NCBI GenBank assembly: GCA_951406725.2
Contig: OX597843.1
Location: 310,001-374,000, forward strand
Length of the DNA stretch: 64,000 bases
Source: Octopus vulgaris
Taxonomy: Eukaryota
Reading direction: 5' to 3'
Below the pieces are notes generated by a model. It had not been told where the DNA came from. It was given only the letters and a program-made list of their open reading frames with translations, and searched no databases. Below are positions 50,824 to 64,000 of the stretch, in pieces. The position numbers and the translations under genes are program-made. Numbering within the stretch: position 1 is the stretch's first letter; each line of letters begins with the position of its first letter.

Positions 50824-53289
50824 TACACACACAATAATAATTGTTTTAGCTTTCAAAACTTTAAAAAAAATATCAGACAATGCTTCATTCAAACTATAAT
50901 AATAATAATCCTTTCTACTGAAGGCACAAGGCCTAAAATTTGTGTGAGGGTACTAGTAGATTACATCAACCCCAGTGATTCACTGGTACTTAATTTACCA
51001 ACTCTGAAAGGATGAAGGGCAAAGTTGACCTCGGCAGAATTTGAACTCAGAATATCGGTTGAAGTACCACTAAGCATTTTGCTTAATGATTCTGCCAGCT
51101 TGCTGTCTAGATAATAACAATAATAATAATCCTTTTTACTATAGTTTCAAGGCATGAAAATTTTTTTTTGGGGGGGGGGGAATAATTGATTACATCGACC
51201 CTAGCGTTTCACTGGTACTTGATTTATCGACCTCAAAAGGATGAAAGGCAAAGCTGATCTCAGCAGAATTTGAACTCAGAACATAAGGATGAGCGGAATA
51301 TTGCTAAGCATTTTGCCTTACATGCTAACGATTCTGCCACCTTAATAATAATAATAATAATCCTTTCTACTGAAGGCACAAGACCTGAAATTTTAGGGAA
51401 AGGGCTTTGTTAATTAATTAATTACATCAACCCCCAGTACTTAACTGGTACTTATTTTATCAACCCTGAAAGGATCAAAGGTAAAGTTGACCACAGCGGA
51501 ATTTGAACTCACAACATAAAAATGGATGAAATGGCTTGAAGCATTTTGCCCTGCTTGTTAATGATTTTATCAGCTCGTTTTATTAATAAGGGGCAGCTGG
51601 GATACTTGGGAAGGATTCTGGTATCTGAGGTTACTTGCTGTAGCCTAATGTTAGAAATCTTTTTTAACAACAGTATTACGTTGCAATCATATGAAATAAT
51701 AATAAAAGAGAGAGACAGACAGACAGACAGAAAGATAGATAAACATGTAGACAGACAGACAGACAGATTTCTTTATTGGCCACACAGGGCTGCACACAGA
51801 TGGGACAAGTTACAAGGTAGAGCTTTTCTTTTGGGGGATGAAAAAAAACAAAAAACAAAACAAAAAAAGGCGTAGGTTTTCGGGGATTGTAAAAGGAAAA
51901 AAAGAACAAAAAAAAGGAAAAGAAAAAAAAGGGAAAAGGAACAAAAGAAAAGAAAAATGAAAAAAGAGGAAAAAAAAAACGATCAATAGTGATTGTGTAT
52001 CACAGTGTCATGATATATGGTGTAAAGGGGAAAGCAAGTAAGGTTTATCCGTGGGAAGAAAAGCCTACGAAAAAGACCACGGTAACCCTGGTCAATATTG
52101 TTTATGTTACCACATTTGTTTGCAAATGGGTAACCCTCTGTTTTCAATTTCTGGGTTCATAGATAGATAGATAGATAGATAGAGAGACAGATAGGTAGAT
52201 AAATATGTAGACAGATAGATAAATAGATAGGTAAGTAGGTAGGTAGATAGATAGGTAAGAAGATAGATATCTTTCTTTATTAGCAACACAGGGCTGAACA
52301 GAGGGGAGAGATTTTCTTTTTGGGGAGAAACAAATAAAAAAATGTGGGGTAGGTTTTCGATCAAAAGGGATCGTAAAAAAAGGAAAGAAATGAAGATAGA
52401 TAGATAGGTAGGTAAGTAGGTAGATAGGTAGGTAAGTAGATAGATAGATAGACAGGCAGGCAGACAGAAAAATAAATAGGTAGGTAAAACAAAACAACCA
52501 TACGTATTCACATATTATACATATATTCATATATACACAAACAGCCATACACATATACTTACTTATGCACATATATATACACACACACACACTTATGTAA
52601 TGTATATTTTTGATATACATAACATATACGTCTAAATTTACACATTACATTCAATACCTGTAAATTATATACGCACACAAATACAATATAATTCAAACAG
52701 ATATACACATACATACATATATATATACATACATACACCTTGTCTATATTGACAAAGATAACATATGTAAAAATTCGCATTAAACAATATTTACAACTTA
52801 TACAGACGTATACAGTATATATATATGTGTGTGGGCACATTACATATATACACAATTCTTTACTAGCTTCCCTCATTGTTCTGTGGTCATGCTGGAGCAC
52901 CAAAGTCAGGGGTTTAAGTCAATACCATCAACCCCAGATACCTTCAGACATATACAAACGCACACACCTGTGTGTGTATTTGGATGTTTCCATTGTTAAA
53001 TTAGAATTATGTGTGTGTGTGTGTATACATACATATGTGTATATAAATGTATTCCTTCCTGTATATCTAATTTCTACATTTATATATATCATCATCATCG
53101 TTTAACGTCCGTTTTCCGCGCTAAACGATGATGATGATATATATAAATGTAGAAATTAGATATACAGGAAGGAATACATTTATATACACATATGTATGTC
53201 ACACACACACACACAATTCTAATTTAACAATGGAAACATCGAAGTGTGAGTACATGTATGTGTAAATAAATATATATATATATATATAT

Positions 53290-53715
53290 AGGGGGAGAGT
53301 TTACGAAAAAAAACAAAAGACGAAGACAGGTGGTGTACAAAACAAACAGATTTATTAGTATAACGCTCAGGAATAGAATAAGTCTTTTACGTTTCGAGCC
53401 TATGCTCTTCTACAGAGAGGGACACAGAAAAAAAAACAAGGAGAGAAAAAATGTGTAGTGGCTAACAATCTATCGTGGCGACCACACACACACACACACA
53501 GAAGGACTTATGTTTACCTGTGTACACTATAGATAGATAGATAGATAGATACGGAGAGTTTACGGGAAAAAAACAAAAGACAAAGACAGGTGGTGTACAA
53601 AACAAACAGATGTATTAGTATAACGCTCAGGAATAGAAAAAGTCTTTTACGTTTCGAGCCTACGCTCTTCTACAGAAAGGGACACAGAAAAAAACAAGGA
53701 GAGAAAAAAAAAAAT
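53290..53715 (-). mobile_element. Two tandem Penelope-like family Y repeats, each with a hammerhead-like motif (53384-53419, 53644-53679)
   Basis: CUUU-CUGUAGA-A-GAGC(GUAG)GCUC-GAAA-CG-UA-AAAG; homologous to 62720-62920 and to a fragment at 27135-27192. Confidence 0.6.
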
Positions 53716-53940
53716 ATATATATATATATATACATACACACACACACATAAATTAGCCATATAGAAATAATTTATTCATACATGTATCTATGTATGTATA
53801 CGTCCACAAATTCAAATTTAACAATGAGAATTTACACACACACACACACACATACACACATCCATTACACAATAAGTTCAAATTAGACGGTGCGTATATC
53901 ATTTTGATAAAAGTCTTCGACGATATTTATCAATTCCGAA

Positions 53941-53985
<45 letters not shown>

Positions 53986-54075
53986 TTTCTGCTGCTTTAA
54001 ATAAAGCATATTACTCTACCCCTGGTATTTGAGTACTCTTTTTTCCACCTTGTTTCACATTTATGTGTTTACTCC

Positions 54076-54185
<110 letters not shown>

Positions 54186-54660
54186 CAGGTATGTTTGTGT
54201 ACATATATTTATAAACTGTTACACTCATTCACATTCACCCCCCTCCGTAATGTAGTGTCACAGACAGCAGCCATACATGTGAGTGTGTGTGTGTGTGTGT
54301 GTGTGCATATAAACATACATTGGCGGCGAACACTCTTCACTCGCCCAGGCCCCACGCCCCCCACACATGCAGCATCAACAACTGTAGTAGTATGTGTAGT
54401 ATAGCTATCCATATCTATATATCTTATCTATATCTCGCTTTTTTACGAACACACACACACGTATCTATATAAATATCTCCTGTCTTCCTGTTTCACACAA
54501 ATGTATATGCATGCACTTAAATATACATATATGTATGTGTATATATACATACATACATACACACCACAGGATTGTGTACACTTTTTTATAAACAATACAC
54601 ACATGCACAAATTCATATATGCATACCCTTAAATATACATATGAATATATGTGTGTGAAT

Positions 54661-54698
<38 letters not shown>

Positions 54699-54864
54699 AC
54701 CTATCTATATATATACACACACACACAGTTTCTCAACCATACACACTGAACTTCACATATAGCAACAGCCTCAACTGTAATCAATGAATAATTACACACA
54801 CACACACACGTGTATATATATACATATATTTATAAACATATATCTCATTTTATACACTTTTATG

Positions 54865-54898
<34 letters not shown>

Positions 54899-55175
54899 AT
54901 ATAATTATGTGTGTGTATGTATGTATGTATTTATATACTTACATATTTAAATACATTTGTGTAAATATATAAGTATATATATATGTGTGTGTGTGTATAA
55001 TTATGTGTGTGTATGTATGTATGTATGTATATATATATATATACTTACATATTTACATACATTTATGTAAATATATAAGTATATATATATGTGTGTGTAT
55101 ATATATATACACACACACATCTATTTACACACATGTGTATCTATCTTTCTCTCTCTATCTATCTATCTATCTATC

Positions 55176-55212
<37 letters not shown>

Positions 55213-55289
55213 ATAATTATGTGTGTGTATGTATGTATGTATGTATTTATATACTTACATATTTAAATACATTTGTGTAAATATATAAG

Positions 55290-55320
<31 letters not shown>

Positions 55321-55403
55321 ATAATTATGTGTGTGTATGTATGTATATATATACTTACATATATTTATGTAAATATATAAGTATATATATATCTATGTGT
55401 GTG

Positions 55404-55482
<79 letters not shown>

Positions 55483-55859
55483 ATATATATACATATATAA
55501 AATCTCACACACACACACACACACACACACAGAGAGGAGTCTATTTACACTCACCCTGTAACGGAGTTGACAACACCAATAGCAGTATGTGTAGTAGTAG
55601 CAGTGGTGAGGGTTATGCAATTGCTCTCACACCACACGTTGCAGTCGACTGGAAAATGTGAGGAACTGAGGCAACAGACAGTGTGTCGGAGACAACAACA
55701 GCAGCAGCCGCTATAGTAGTAGTAGTAATAGTAGTAATAGTAGGGGGTGGTGGTGGTGGGGGTGGGGGGTGGTAGTAGTAGCATTAAGGCTTGTAACAGC
55801 GGCAGCAGTAATTGAAGTGGTGGTGGCAGTGGTGGTGGTGGTAGTTCTGCCGTGTGGGA

Positions 55860-56279
55860 GGGTGGGTACTATAGCGATGATAGTGATGTTAATGATGATG
55901 ATGATGATGATGATGTTGATGATGATGATGATGATGTTGATGTTAGTGATGTTGATGATGATGATGATAGCACTGATGATGATGATGATGGTGATGATAA
56001 TGATGTTGATGGTAGTGATGTTGATGATGGTGATGATGGTGATGATGATGATGATGATGTTGATGATGATGATGATGATGTTGATGTTAGTGATGTTGAT
56101 GATGATGATGATAGCACTGATGATGATGATGATGGTGATGATAATGATGTTGATGGTAGTGATGTTGATGATAGCACTGATGGTGATGATGGTGATGATG
56201 ATGATGATGATGGTGATGATGATGGTGATGCTGATGGTGATGGTGATGATGGTGATGATGATGGTGATGATGATGATGG

Positions 56280-56310
<31 letters not shown>

Positions 56311-56660
56311 GGTGATGATGATGGTGATGATGATGATGGTGATGATGGTGATGACGATGGTGATGATGATGGTGATAGTGATGATGGTGATGATGATGGT
56401 GACTATAATGATGTTGATGACAATGGCAATAAATCAGTAGTAGTAGTAGTAGTAGCAGCAGCAGCAGTAGTAGTATTGGTGGTGGTGGTGGTATTAGTAG
56501 TGGTCATAGTTGTATTAGAAGTGATGGTAGTAGTTGTAGTAGTACAGTTTATATCAGTAGTGATTGTAGTAGTAGTAGTAGTAGCAGTTGTAGCTATAGT
56601 TGTAGTAATATAGGTAGTAGTGTTTGTATCGGTAGTGGTCGTAGTTTTATTAGTAGTAAC
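55860..56660. repeat. (GAT)n/(GGT)n/(GTA)n trinucleotide expansion with internal duplication
   Basis: Direct inspection. Confidence 0.92.
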
Positions 56661-56759
56661 AAGGAAGCTTAACGCCCACCAATCCAACCGTGACCAACCC
56701 AACTTCTACCAGTGTACAGGCAGGGAGCCCAGTACTACGTTATCCGCGTAACATAAAAC

Positions 56760-58990
56760 AAAATGAGATTTACGGGAGATTTGGCTGTTATTTCTACCGG
56801 GTCTAACTACAACGATGGGCTCACACACACACATACACACTCATCTATGAGATAGTAAGATGTGATTTGAGGACAATTTGGCTGCTATTTCTACCAAGTC
56901 TAACTACTACGTAGACGTTTCCTCATTCGCTCATACATACATATATACACAAATAAGAAAGTAGGGTGTGATTTTAGGGAGATTTGGCTGCTATTTCTAC
57001 CAGGTCTAGCTACAACGATGGGCTCACACACACACACACATCTATGAGACAGTAAGATGCAATTTGAGGACAATTTGGCTGCTATTTCTATCAAGTCTAA
57101 CTACCATGTAGATGTTTCCCTCATTCGCTCATACATACATATATACACAAATAAGAAAGTAGGGTGTGATTTTAGGGAGATTTGGCTGCTATTTCTACCA
57201 GGTCTAGCTACAATGATGGGCCCACACACACACATCTATGAAGCAGTAAGATGTGATTTGAGGACAATTTGGCTGCTATTTCTACCAGGTCTAACTACTA
57301 CGCAGATGTTTCCCTCATTGGCTCATGCATATATACACAAATAAGAAAGTAGGGTGTGATTTTAGGGAGATTTGGCTGTTATTTCTACCAGGTCTAGCTA
57401 CAACGATGGGCTCACACACACACCCACACATCTATGAGACAGTAGAATGTGATTTGAAGACAATTTGGCTGCTATTTCTATCAAGTCTAACTACTACGTA
57501 GATGTTTCCTCATTCGCTCAATAAGAAAGTAGGGTGTGATTTTAGGGAGATTTGGCTGTTATTTCTACCAGGTGTAGCTACAACGATGGGCTCACACACA
57601 CACACACACATCTTTGAGACAGTAAGATGTGATTTGAGGACAATTTGGCTGCTATTTCTACCAAGTCTAACTACTACGTAGAGGTTTCCTCATTCGCTCA
57701 TACATACATATATACACAAATAAGAAAGTAGGGTGCGATTTTAGGGAGATTTAGCTGCTATTTCTACCAGTTTTACCTACAACGTAGAGGACTCCCTCAT
57801 TGACTCATACATAGATGAGACAGTAATGTGTGCCTAGAGGGAAATTTGGCTGCTATGGTTTGACTATGTTGTAGAGCGCTCCTTCATTGGCTCGTATATA
57901 CATACTTAAGGCAGGAAGGTGTGATCTGAGGAAGATTTGGTTGTTATTTCTACCTCTAGCTATCACGTAGAAGTCGCCTTCATTGGCTCATACATACAGG
58001 TAAGACAGCAGAATGTGATTTGAGGAAGATTTGGCTGTTATTTCTATCAGTCTGCTTCATTAGTTCATTCATATACAGACTCATAAGACTGTAGGGCGTG
58101 ATTTGTAAGAGATTTGGCTGCTATTTCTAACAGGTGTAGCTACCACATAGAGGTCGCTGTCATTGGCTCATATATATATACGTATAAGACACATAAAAGC
58201 ATGATTTGAGGGAGATTTGGCTGCTATTTCTACCTGGTCTAGTTATCATGTAACAGTCTCTATAATTCATACACATATGTACATAAGACAGAAGGGTATT
58301 GATTTGAGAGAGATTTGGCTGCTATTTCTACCTGGTCTAGTTATCATGTAACAATCTCTATAATTCATACACATATGTACATAAGACAGAAGGGTATTGA
58401 TTTGAGGGAGATTTAGCTGCTATTTCTAACAGGTGTATCTAGCAAGTAGCAGTCTCCTTCATTGACTCGTACACATATAAGACAGTAGGAATATGAGTTG
58501 AGGGAGATTTGGCTGCAATTTCTAACAGGCCAGCTTCCATTCAGAAATCTCCATCACCAGCTCATAGATAAGGCAATAGGTTGTGATTTTGAGGGAGATT
58601 TGGGGGCTATTTCTACCAGGTCTAGATACCATGTAGAGGTATTTTTCATTGGTTCATATAGAAATACATACATATAATAAATAAGACAGTATGGTGCGAC
58701 TTTTGTGGGAGATTTGACTGCTATTTCTAAAAAGTCTATCTACCATACAGGGGTCTTAGTCTTTGACACACACACACACATATATACATACATATATATA
58801 TATATAAGATATTAAGGTGTAATTTAGGGGAGAGTTTGGTTGCTATTTCTAACAGGTCTAGTTACCACACAGAGGTCTCAGTCACTGACTCATACAAACA
58901 CACACACACACACATATACATAAACACACACACACACACATAAGACAGTAAGGTGTGATTTCAGGGAGATTTTGACTGCTGTTTCTAGCA
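56760..58990. repeat. Satellite-like array of about 70-110 bp units (core gatttgagggagatttggctgctatttcta), with a dimeric higher-order repeat on the left
   Basis: More than 20 core copies; alternating 'tttagggagatttgg' and 'ttgaggacaatttgg' units at 56760-57780. Confidence 0.9.
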
Positions 58991-59399
58991 CGGAAACAAA
59001 CTCGTTGAGAGATCTCCCACGTTGTCTCGCACATACATGTTGTTGATGATGGTGGTAGTGGTGGTGGTGGTGGTGGCGGTGGTGAAGTAGTGTGTATGCG
59101 AGGTGGGGGTGGTGGCGGTGTTGTTGCTACACTAAAAATAGTGGTGGCGATGGTGGAGGTGGTGGTGGTGGTGGTGGTAGAAGCCGGAATACTCAAAGAG
59201 GATGAGGCAGTAGCAGTTTAGTGATGCGAGTGATGGTGGGAGGAGAGATGCAATACTACTGTAGTAGTAGCAGCAGCGAGTCACAGCTCCAATGCTAAAA
59301 ACATCAGTAGTAGTAGTAGTAGTAGCAGTAGTAGTAGTAGTAGTAGGATGACAGAAGCAATCACAGCAGCACCATCATCACCACTGTCCACATGATACA

Positions 59400-59434
59400 T
59401 AGACTTGAATATATTTATATACACAAAGGTGTGC

Positions 59435-59482
<48 letters not shown>

Positions 59483-59777
59483 GTGTATATGCGTTTGTGG
59501 GAATGGGTATATGTGTGTATTTTCATATATATATCCCTATGTGTGTGTATTTTATATACATACATGTGTGTGTTTGTATGGGTATGCTAATGTGTATGTC
59601 TATGTGTAGATATATATGTGTGTGTAGTATGTCAGAGTGAGTGTGTGTATGTGACTGTGAGACAGAGTGTGTGTGTGAGTGTGAGTGTGTGTGTGAGCGG
59701 TTGAGTGTGTGTGTGAGCGGTTGAGTGTGTGTAAGTGTGTGAGTGGTTGAGTGTGTGTGTGTGAGTGTGTGTGTGTG

Positions 59778-59809
<32 letters not shown>

Positions 59810-60002
59810 AGCAGTTGAGTGTGTGTGTAAGTGGTTGAATGTGTGTGTGCGTGTAGTGTGAGTCTGTGTGTGTGTGTGTATGCGCGAGTGTGTGTATGTG
59901 AGTATGTATATGCGAGTGTGTGTGTCTATATATATATATATCTGTATGTGTATATGGATGTATGTCTGTAAGTTTGTGTGTGCATGTATTTATACACGCA
60001 TG

Positions 60003-60051
<49 letters not shown>

Positions 60052-60312
60052 GTGTGTGTATGTATATGTATATATATATGTGTGGATATATATGTTCATA
60101 TATGGTAGGGGGGGGGGCTGAATGTGTGTGTGTGTGTGTGCTCCTCCATCATCACTTAACAACACCTTTAGCACAACCCCCCCCCCCACTATTCCTCTCT
60201 GCAAATCTTCCCCCACAACCCCTGTCAACAACCCCCTCCCTCCCACCCATCCAACTTTTTTAAGCTCCCTAAACACCCACCACCACCACCACCACAGCTA
60301 CTATCAAGAGAT

Positions 60313-60347
<35 letters not shown>

Positions 60348-60973
60348 GAAAGCGGATAAAGGGAGAGAGTAAGAGAGAGGAACAACAAGGAGGCAGAGGG
60401 GGAGGAAGTCAAGACAGAAAGAAAGGGGGGGGGTAGGGAAGAAATCAGAGACAGAGAGAGAGAGAGAGGAGGGGAGGAAACAGATAACTATACCAAGAAC
60501 ACTACTCCACTTCACTCCACTCGCACTCAAGTCAGCCAGCATCTTCTGGTGAAGGAGGTGGGTGGGGGTGGGGAGGAGTAGCAGGGTGTTACATGTGCGC
60601 GTGTGTGTGGGTGGGTGGGTGTGTAGATTGTCGTGTGGAAGTGCGGTGGTGATGGTCGGGGTTGGAGGTGGGGGGTTTGAGTCACAGATGCACAGATACA
60701 GAGACAGCTTTTCAAAGACAGGTAGAGAGAGAGATTGAGAGGTGTGTGTATGTGTGAGCTTGTATGCTTTTGTTTGTGTGTGTGTGTGCGTCCATATGGC
60801 TGTGATGTAGATAAATGGGTAGACAGAGTGATGGGTAGATAGATGAAGAGATAAGATTTACTGATAAATAGCTAGATTAGATTAGATGAGATTAGAGAGA
60901 GATGTCCAGTGAGAGAAAGAGAGAAGGTCAGTGAGAGAGAGAAAGATAGAAAGGAAGAGCAAAAGAGAGATAG

Positions 60974-61007
<34 letters not shown>

Positions 61008-61410
61008 AGTAAAAAAGATAGTGAGGGGAAAGTGGCAAAAGGGAGAGTGATGGCATGAGAGAGAAAGAGAAAAGTAAATAGCCAGAGAGAAAGAGAGAGA
61101 TAGCCAGAGAGAGAGAGATAAAGAGATAGCCAGAGAGAAAGAGAGAGATAGTCAGAGAGATACAGAGAGAGAGATACAGAGAGAGAGAGATAGTCAGAGA
61201 TACAGAGAGAGAGTCAGAGAGAAAGAGAGAGAGATAGCCAGAGAAAGAGAGAGAGCCAGAGAAAGAGAGAGAGATAGTCAGAGAGAGAGAGAGAGAGAGA
61301 GAGCCAAAAAGATAATCAGAGATACAGACAGAGAGAGAGAGATACCCAGAGAGAGAGAGGGAGACAGATAGCTAGAGAGAGTGAAAGAGAGAGCCAAAAA
61401 AGTCGGAAAA
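59400..61410. repeat. (TG)n, (TA)n and (GA)n microsatellite-rich block
   Basis: Direct inspection. Confidence 0.85.
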
Positions 61411-62275
61411 ACGAAATAGATGCATTGATAAACACAGAAGCCATGTAAACAACAACAAGTAGGGTGCGTATATAAGGATTATGATTCTTATTCTTTTCCA
61501 TAGGTGAGTATATGACACGAAACGCATGTGCACATGTGTGCAGCGTGAAAAGTTACAGATGCATATTACTGTGACATCACATTGCACCCCGACCAGTAGG
61601 TGACTTCACCCGTCTGTCAGAGCCCTATGACACGTGGTTGCGTGGTAAGAAGTTAGCTTCCCAGCTACATGGCTACGGGTTCAGTCCCACTGTGTGGTAC
61701 CCCGAGCAAGATTTTTTTTCTCTCCAATAATTTTGAATCAGCCAAAGCCTTGCGAGAGGGGATTTGGTAGATGGAAACTTGAAAGAAGCCCATTATATTA
61801 CTCTATGACTGTGGCCATGCTGGAGCACAACAAAATTTAAAAGCTGGCCATCTTTCTTTCTTCTCCTAACTTGTGTTTCTTTCTATTGTAGCTGGAACAA
61901 GGAAGACGTGTTCTTGTCTGTCTCCTGTCCAAGCTTGAATTTTGTGTTCGCCACTACAACCTCATTTAGGTTTAGCAGCCCTTCCTGTTTGTTTTCACTG
62001 TCCTGTTTCTGTTACCAATTTTGACCCTCCGCAAAATCCCAAATTTTATTTGATTTGCTTTGCAGGAGCAACTGTTTTATCGAAAGCATATATTGTTGTT
62101 AAATGCTCGAAATACGAGACTAGAAAAAACAGCCGACAACTGATGAAGGGTCGTTCTTTATGTTGTTTGTCTTGTTTTCCATTTGTGTCTTTCATTGTTT
62201 GGCAAAATAGTTCATATTCCATGTACTTGTACTTCATATTTTTTTGTTGTACACATTTCATATATATATATATGT

Positions 62276-62325
<50 letters not shown>

Positions 62326-62392
62326 GTGGTAAAGCAAATCTTTGCTGAACCCTATTATAAAGTGTATATATATATATATATATATATGTAAA

Positions 62393-62438
<46 letters not shown>

Positions 62439-62479
62439 GTATAGATGTAAGTATGTACATATATGTATGTGTATATATG

Positions 62480-62689
62480 TGACCTCGTGAGTACCGCTGG
62501 CGATTTTTTTTCCTCTGTCTTCCCTTCTCGGGATCTTTCCTTCTCCTATGTTTCCGACGAAGAACTCCGCTCAAAACGTTAAACCCTCCTTCTTCCCTTC
62601 TTTCCTGAGCGTCCAATAATACTATATTTGTTCCACGTCCTCGCATTGTTGTGTTTTTTGTTTTTTTGTGTTTTCTTGTTTGGATTAAC

Positions 62690-62723
<34 letters not shown>

Positions 62724-62920
62724 ACGGGAAGGTTTACGAAAATAAACAAAAGACGAAGGCAGGTGGAGTACAAACAAACAAATGTATTAGTATGGCGCTC
62801 AGGAATAGAAAGTAGAAAAAAGTCTTTTACGTTTCGAGCCTACGCTCTTCGACAGAAAGGGACTCAGAAAAAAAACAAGGAGAGAAAAAAAATGCGTGTA
62901 GGAGCTAACAATCTATAATG
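62480..62920. mobile_element. Family X (+, 62480-62690) and family Y (-, 62720-62920) Penelope-like repeats, tail-to-tail across (TA)n
   Basis: Hammerhead-like motifs at about 62550-62584 (+, degenerate) and 62824-62859 (-). Confidence 0.6.
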
Positions 62921-62927
62921 GCATATA

Positions 62928-62958
<31 letters not shown>

Positions 62959-63266
62959 TATATGGTTGAATGCCACACATCCTCTTCCAAGTAAGTTTTA
63001 TCTATCTATTTATATATATAATTATATCAAGGGAGATCAAGCGAAAACGACCTTTCTCCAGCATGCTTGAAGTTCCAATACCTTCAAGAACTACCAAAAA
63101 CCCCAGCTAAAATAAACACATGGTACCTTGATATAATTATATACATATGTACATTATTACTAATTTAATGTATTAATTGCCTATAAATTTTTATAGCATG
63201 CTGACTACTTGATAAAATCATTAACATGATTTTTATCCTTATATATATATATATATTTAACATATA

Positions 63267-63305
<39 letters not shown>

Positions 63306-63676
63306 TAAAAGAGACAACACAGGAAAATGATTATGTTATGAACTTCATTGGCTTGCGGGTGTTTCTGCTATAAGATGTAATGGTCTCTTAGATGAGTGCT
63401 CGAATAATATCCCGTAGCTTCATCAGAGACTCGAATATGAAGTGCAATTTCTTTGTGAAAGAATTAACTTTGTGAAACATCTGTATATTGAGGTCTACAC
63501 CGGGTTCTTAGTCTTGCGATGCCTAAGCGAAATATATAAACATATACATGTGTGTTGTGAGAGAGAGGATGTTATTCAGGCATTCAACTGTGGGTCCACT
63601 GCATTTTATAGCAGAACAACTGTAAGCAAATGAATTTCATAACATGACCATCACTGTTTCTGTGTCATCTCTTTTT

Positions 63677-63713
<37 letters not shown>

Positions 63714-64000
63714 TAGCAGCTAAGCCCAGTTTCACCTGGTCGGCTTGGATGATGTGGCTGTAAAACCTGCTCTGTGTAAGCATTCGACTTGTTTGGGCAC
63801 GCTTACGTTAAAAAACAATTTTAGAATGACTTTTTTCTGTCAAAATGCTAAAAATAACTGACCAACAAAAAATACCCCCAAATACTAAGTGAACAAAGAT
63901 GAACCATCCCACTTCCATTGCGTGTGCACAAGCACACACACATTCAAATACCCCCCCCCCCTTTTACATACACACACATATATTCAAACAGTTGAAACGC

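Noticed and set aside
53514-53532. Possible micro-exon ag|TGTACACAG|gtaaac resembling the BTB 'YTG' junction
   Set aside because: Only 9 nt, embedded between repeats and (GATA)n; probably chance
55769-56702. Long poly-Asp / poly-Met / poly-Ser ORFs
   Set aside because: Translations of a (GAT)n microsatellite that is open in several frames; no splice or domain support
56760-58990. CRISPR-like look (constant core plus variable linkers); same consideration for 45021-46545 and 2125-2725
   Set aside because: Linkers are homologous to each other, there are no cas genes, and the context is eukaryotic intronic DNA
63710-64000. Possible Helitron-like 5' end (tactagcagctaagcccag...)
   Set aside because: Resemblance only; the 3' end would lie outside the window

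Overview
Eukaryotic, AT-rich, microsatellite- and transposon-dense genomic DNA. The repeat landscape (tRNA-headed SINEs, RTE/CR1 LINE ends, long (TA)n/(CA)n/(GAT)n tracts) looks like a coleoid cephalopod such as Octopus; this is an inference from family recognition, not proven. The one firm gene is a minus-strand KLHL1/4/5-family BTB-BACK-Kelch gene. Eight GT-AG coding exons from 39594 down to the stop at 21784 splice in phase (1436 nt), and the N-terminal BTB exon(s) were not found in the window. A convergent plus-strand spliced transcript (candidate exons at about 9.7, 11.2, 17.0 and 18.0 kb) may encode the C-terminus of a single-pass membrane protein. The rest is SINEs, LINE 3' ends, hAT and mariner remnants, MITEs, satellites and fold-back palindromes. 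The most notable signal is a set of minimal type-I hammerhead-ribozyme motifs of the Penelope-like kind. They occur in five unrelated repeat families, and stems I/II pair in four of them despite unrelated sequences. One sits in a tRNA-headed element, and several lie on the sense strand of the presumed large KLHL intron. Also notable are SINE concatemers that share one tail-to-internal junction at three loci. Nearly all ORFs in the supplied track are low-complexity or SINE artefacts. Repeat boundaries are approximate; KLHL exon boundaries were counted base by base.
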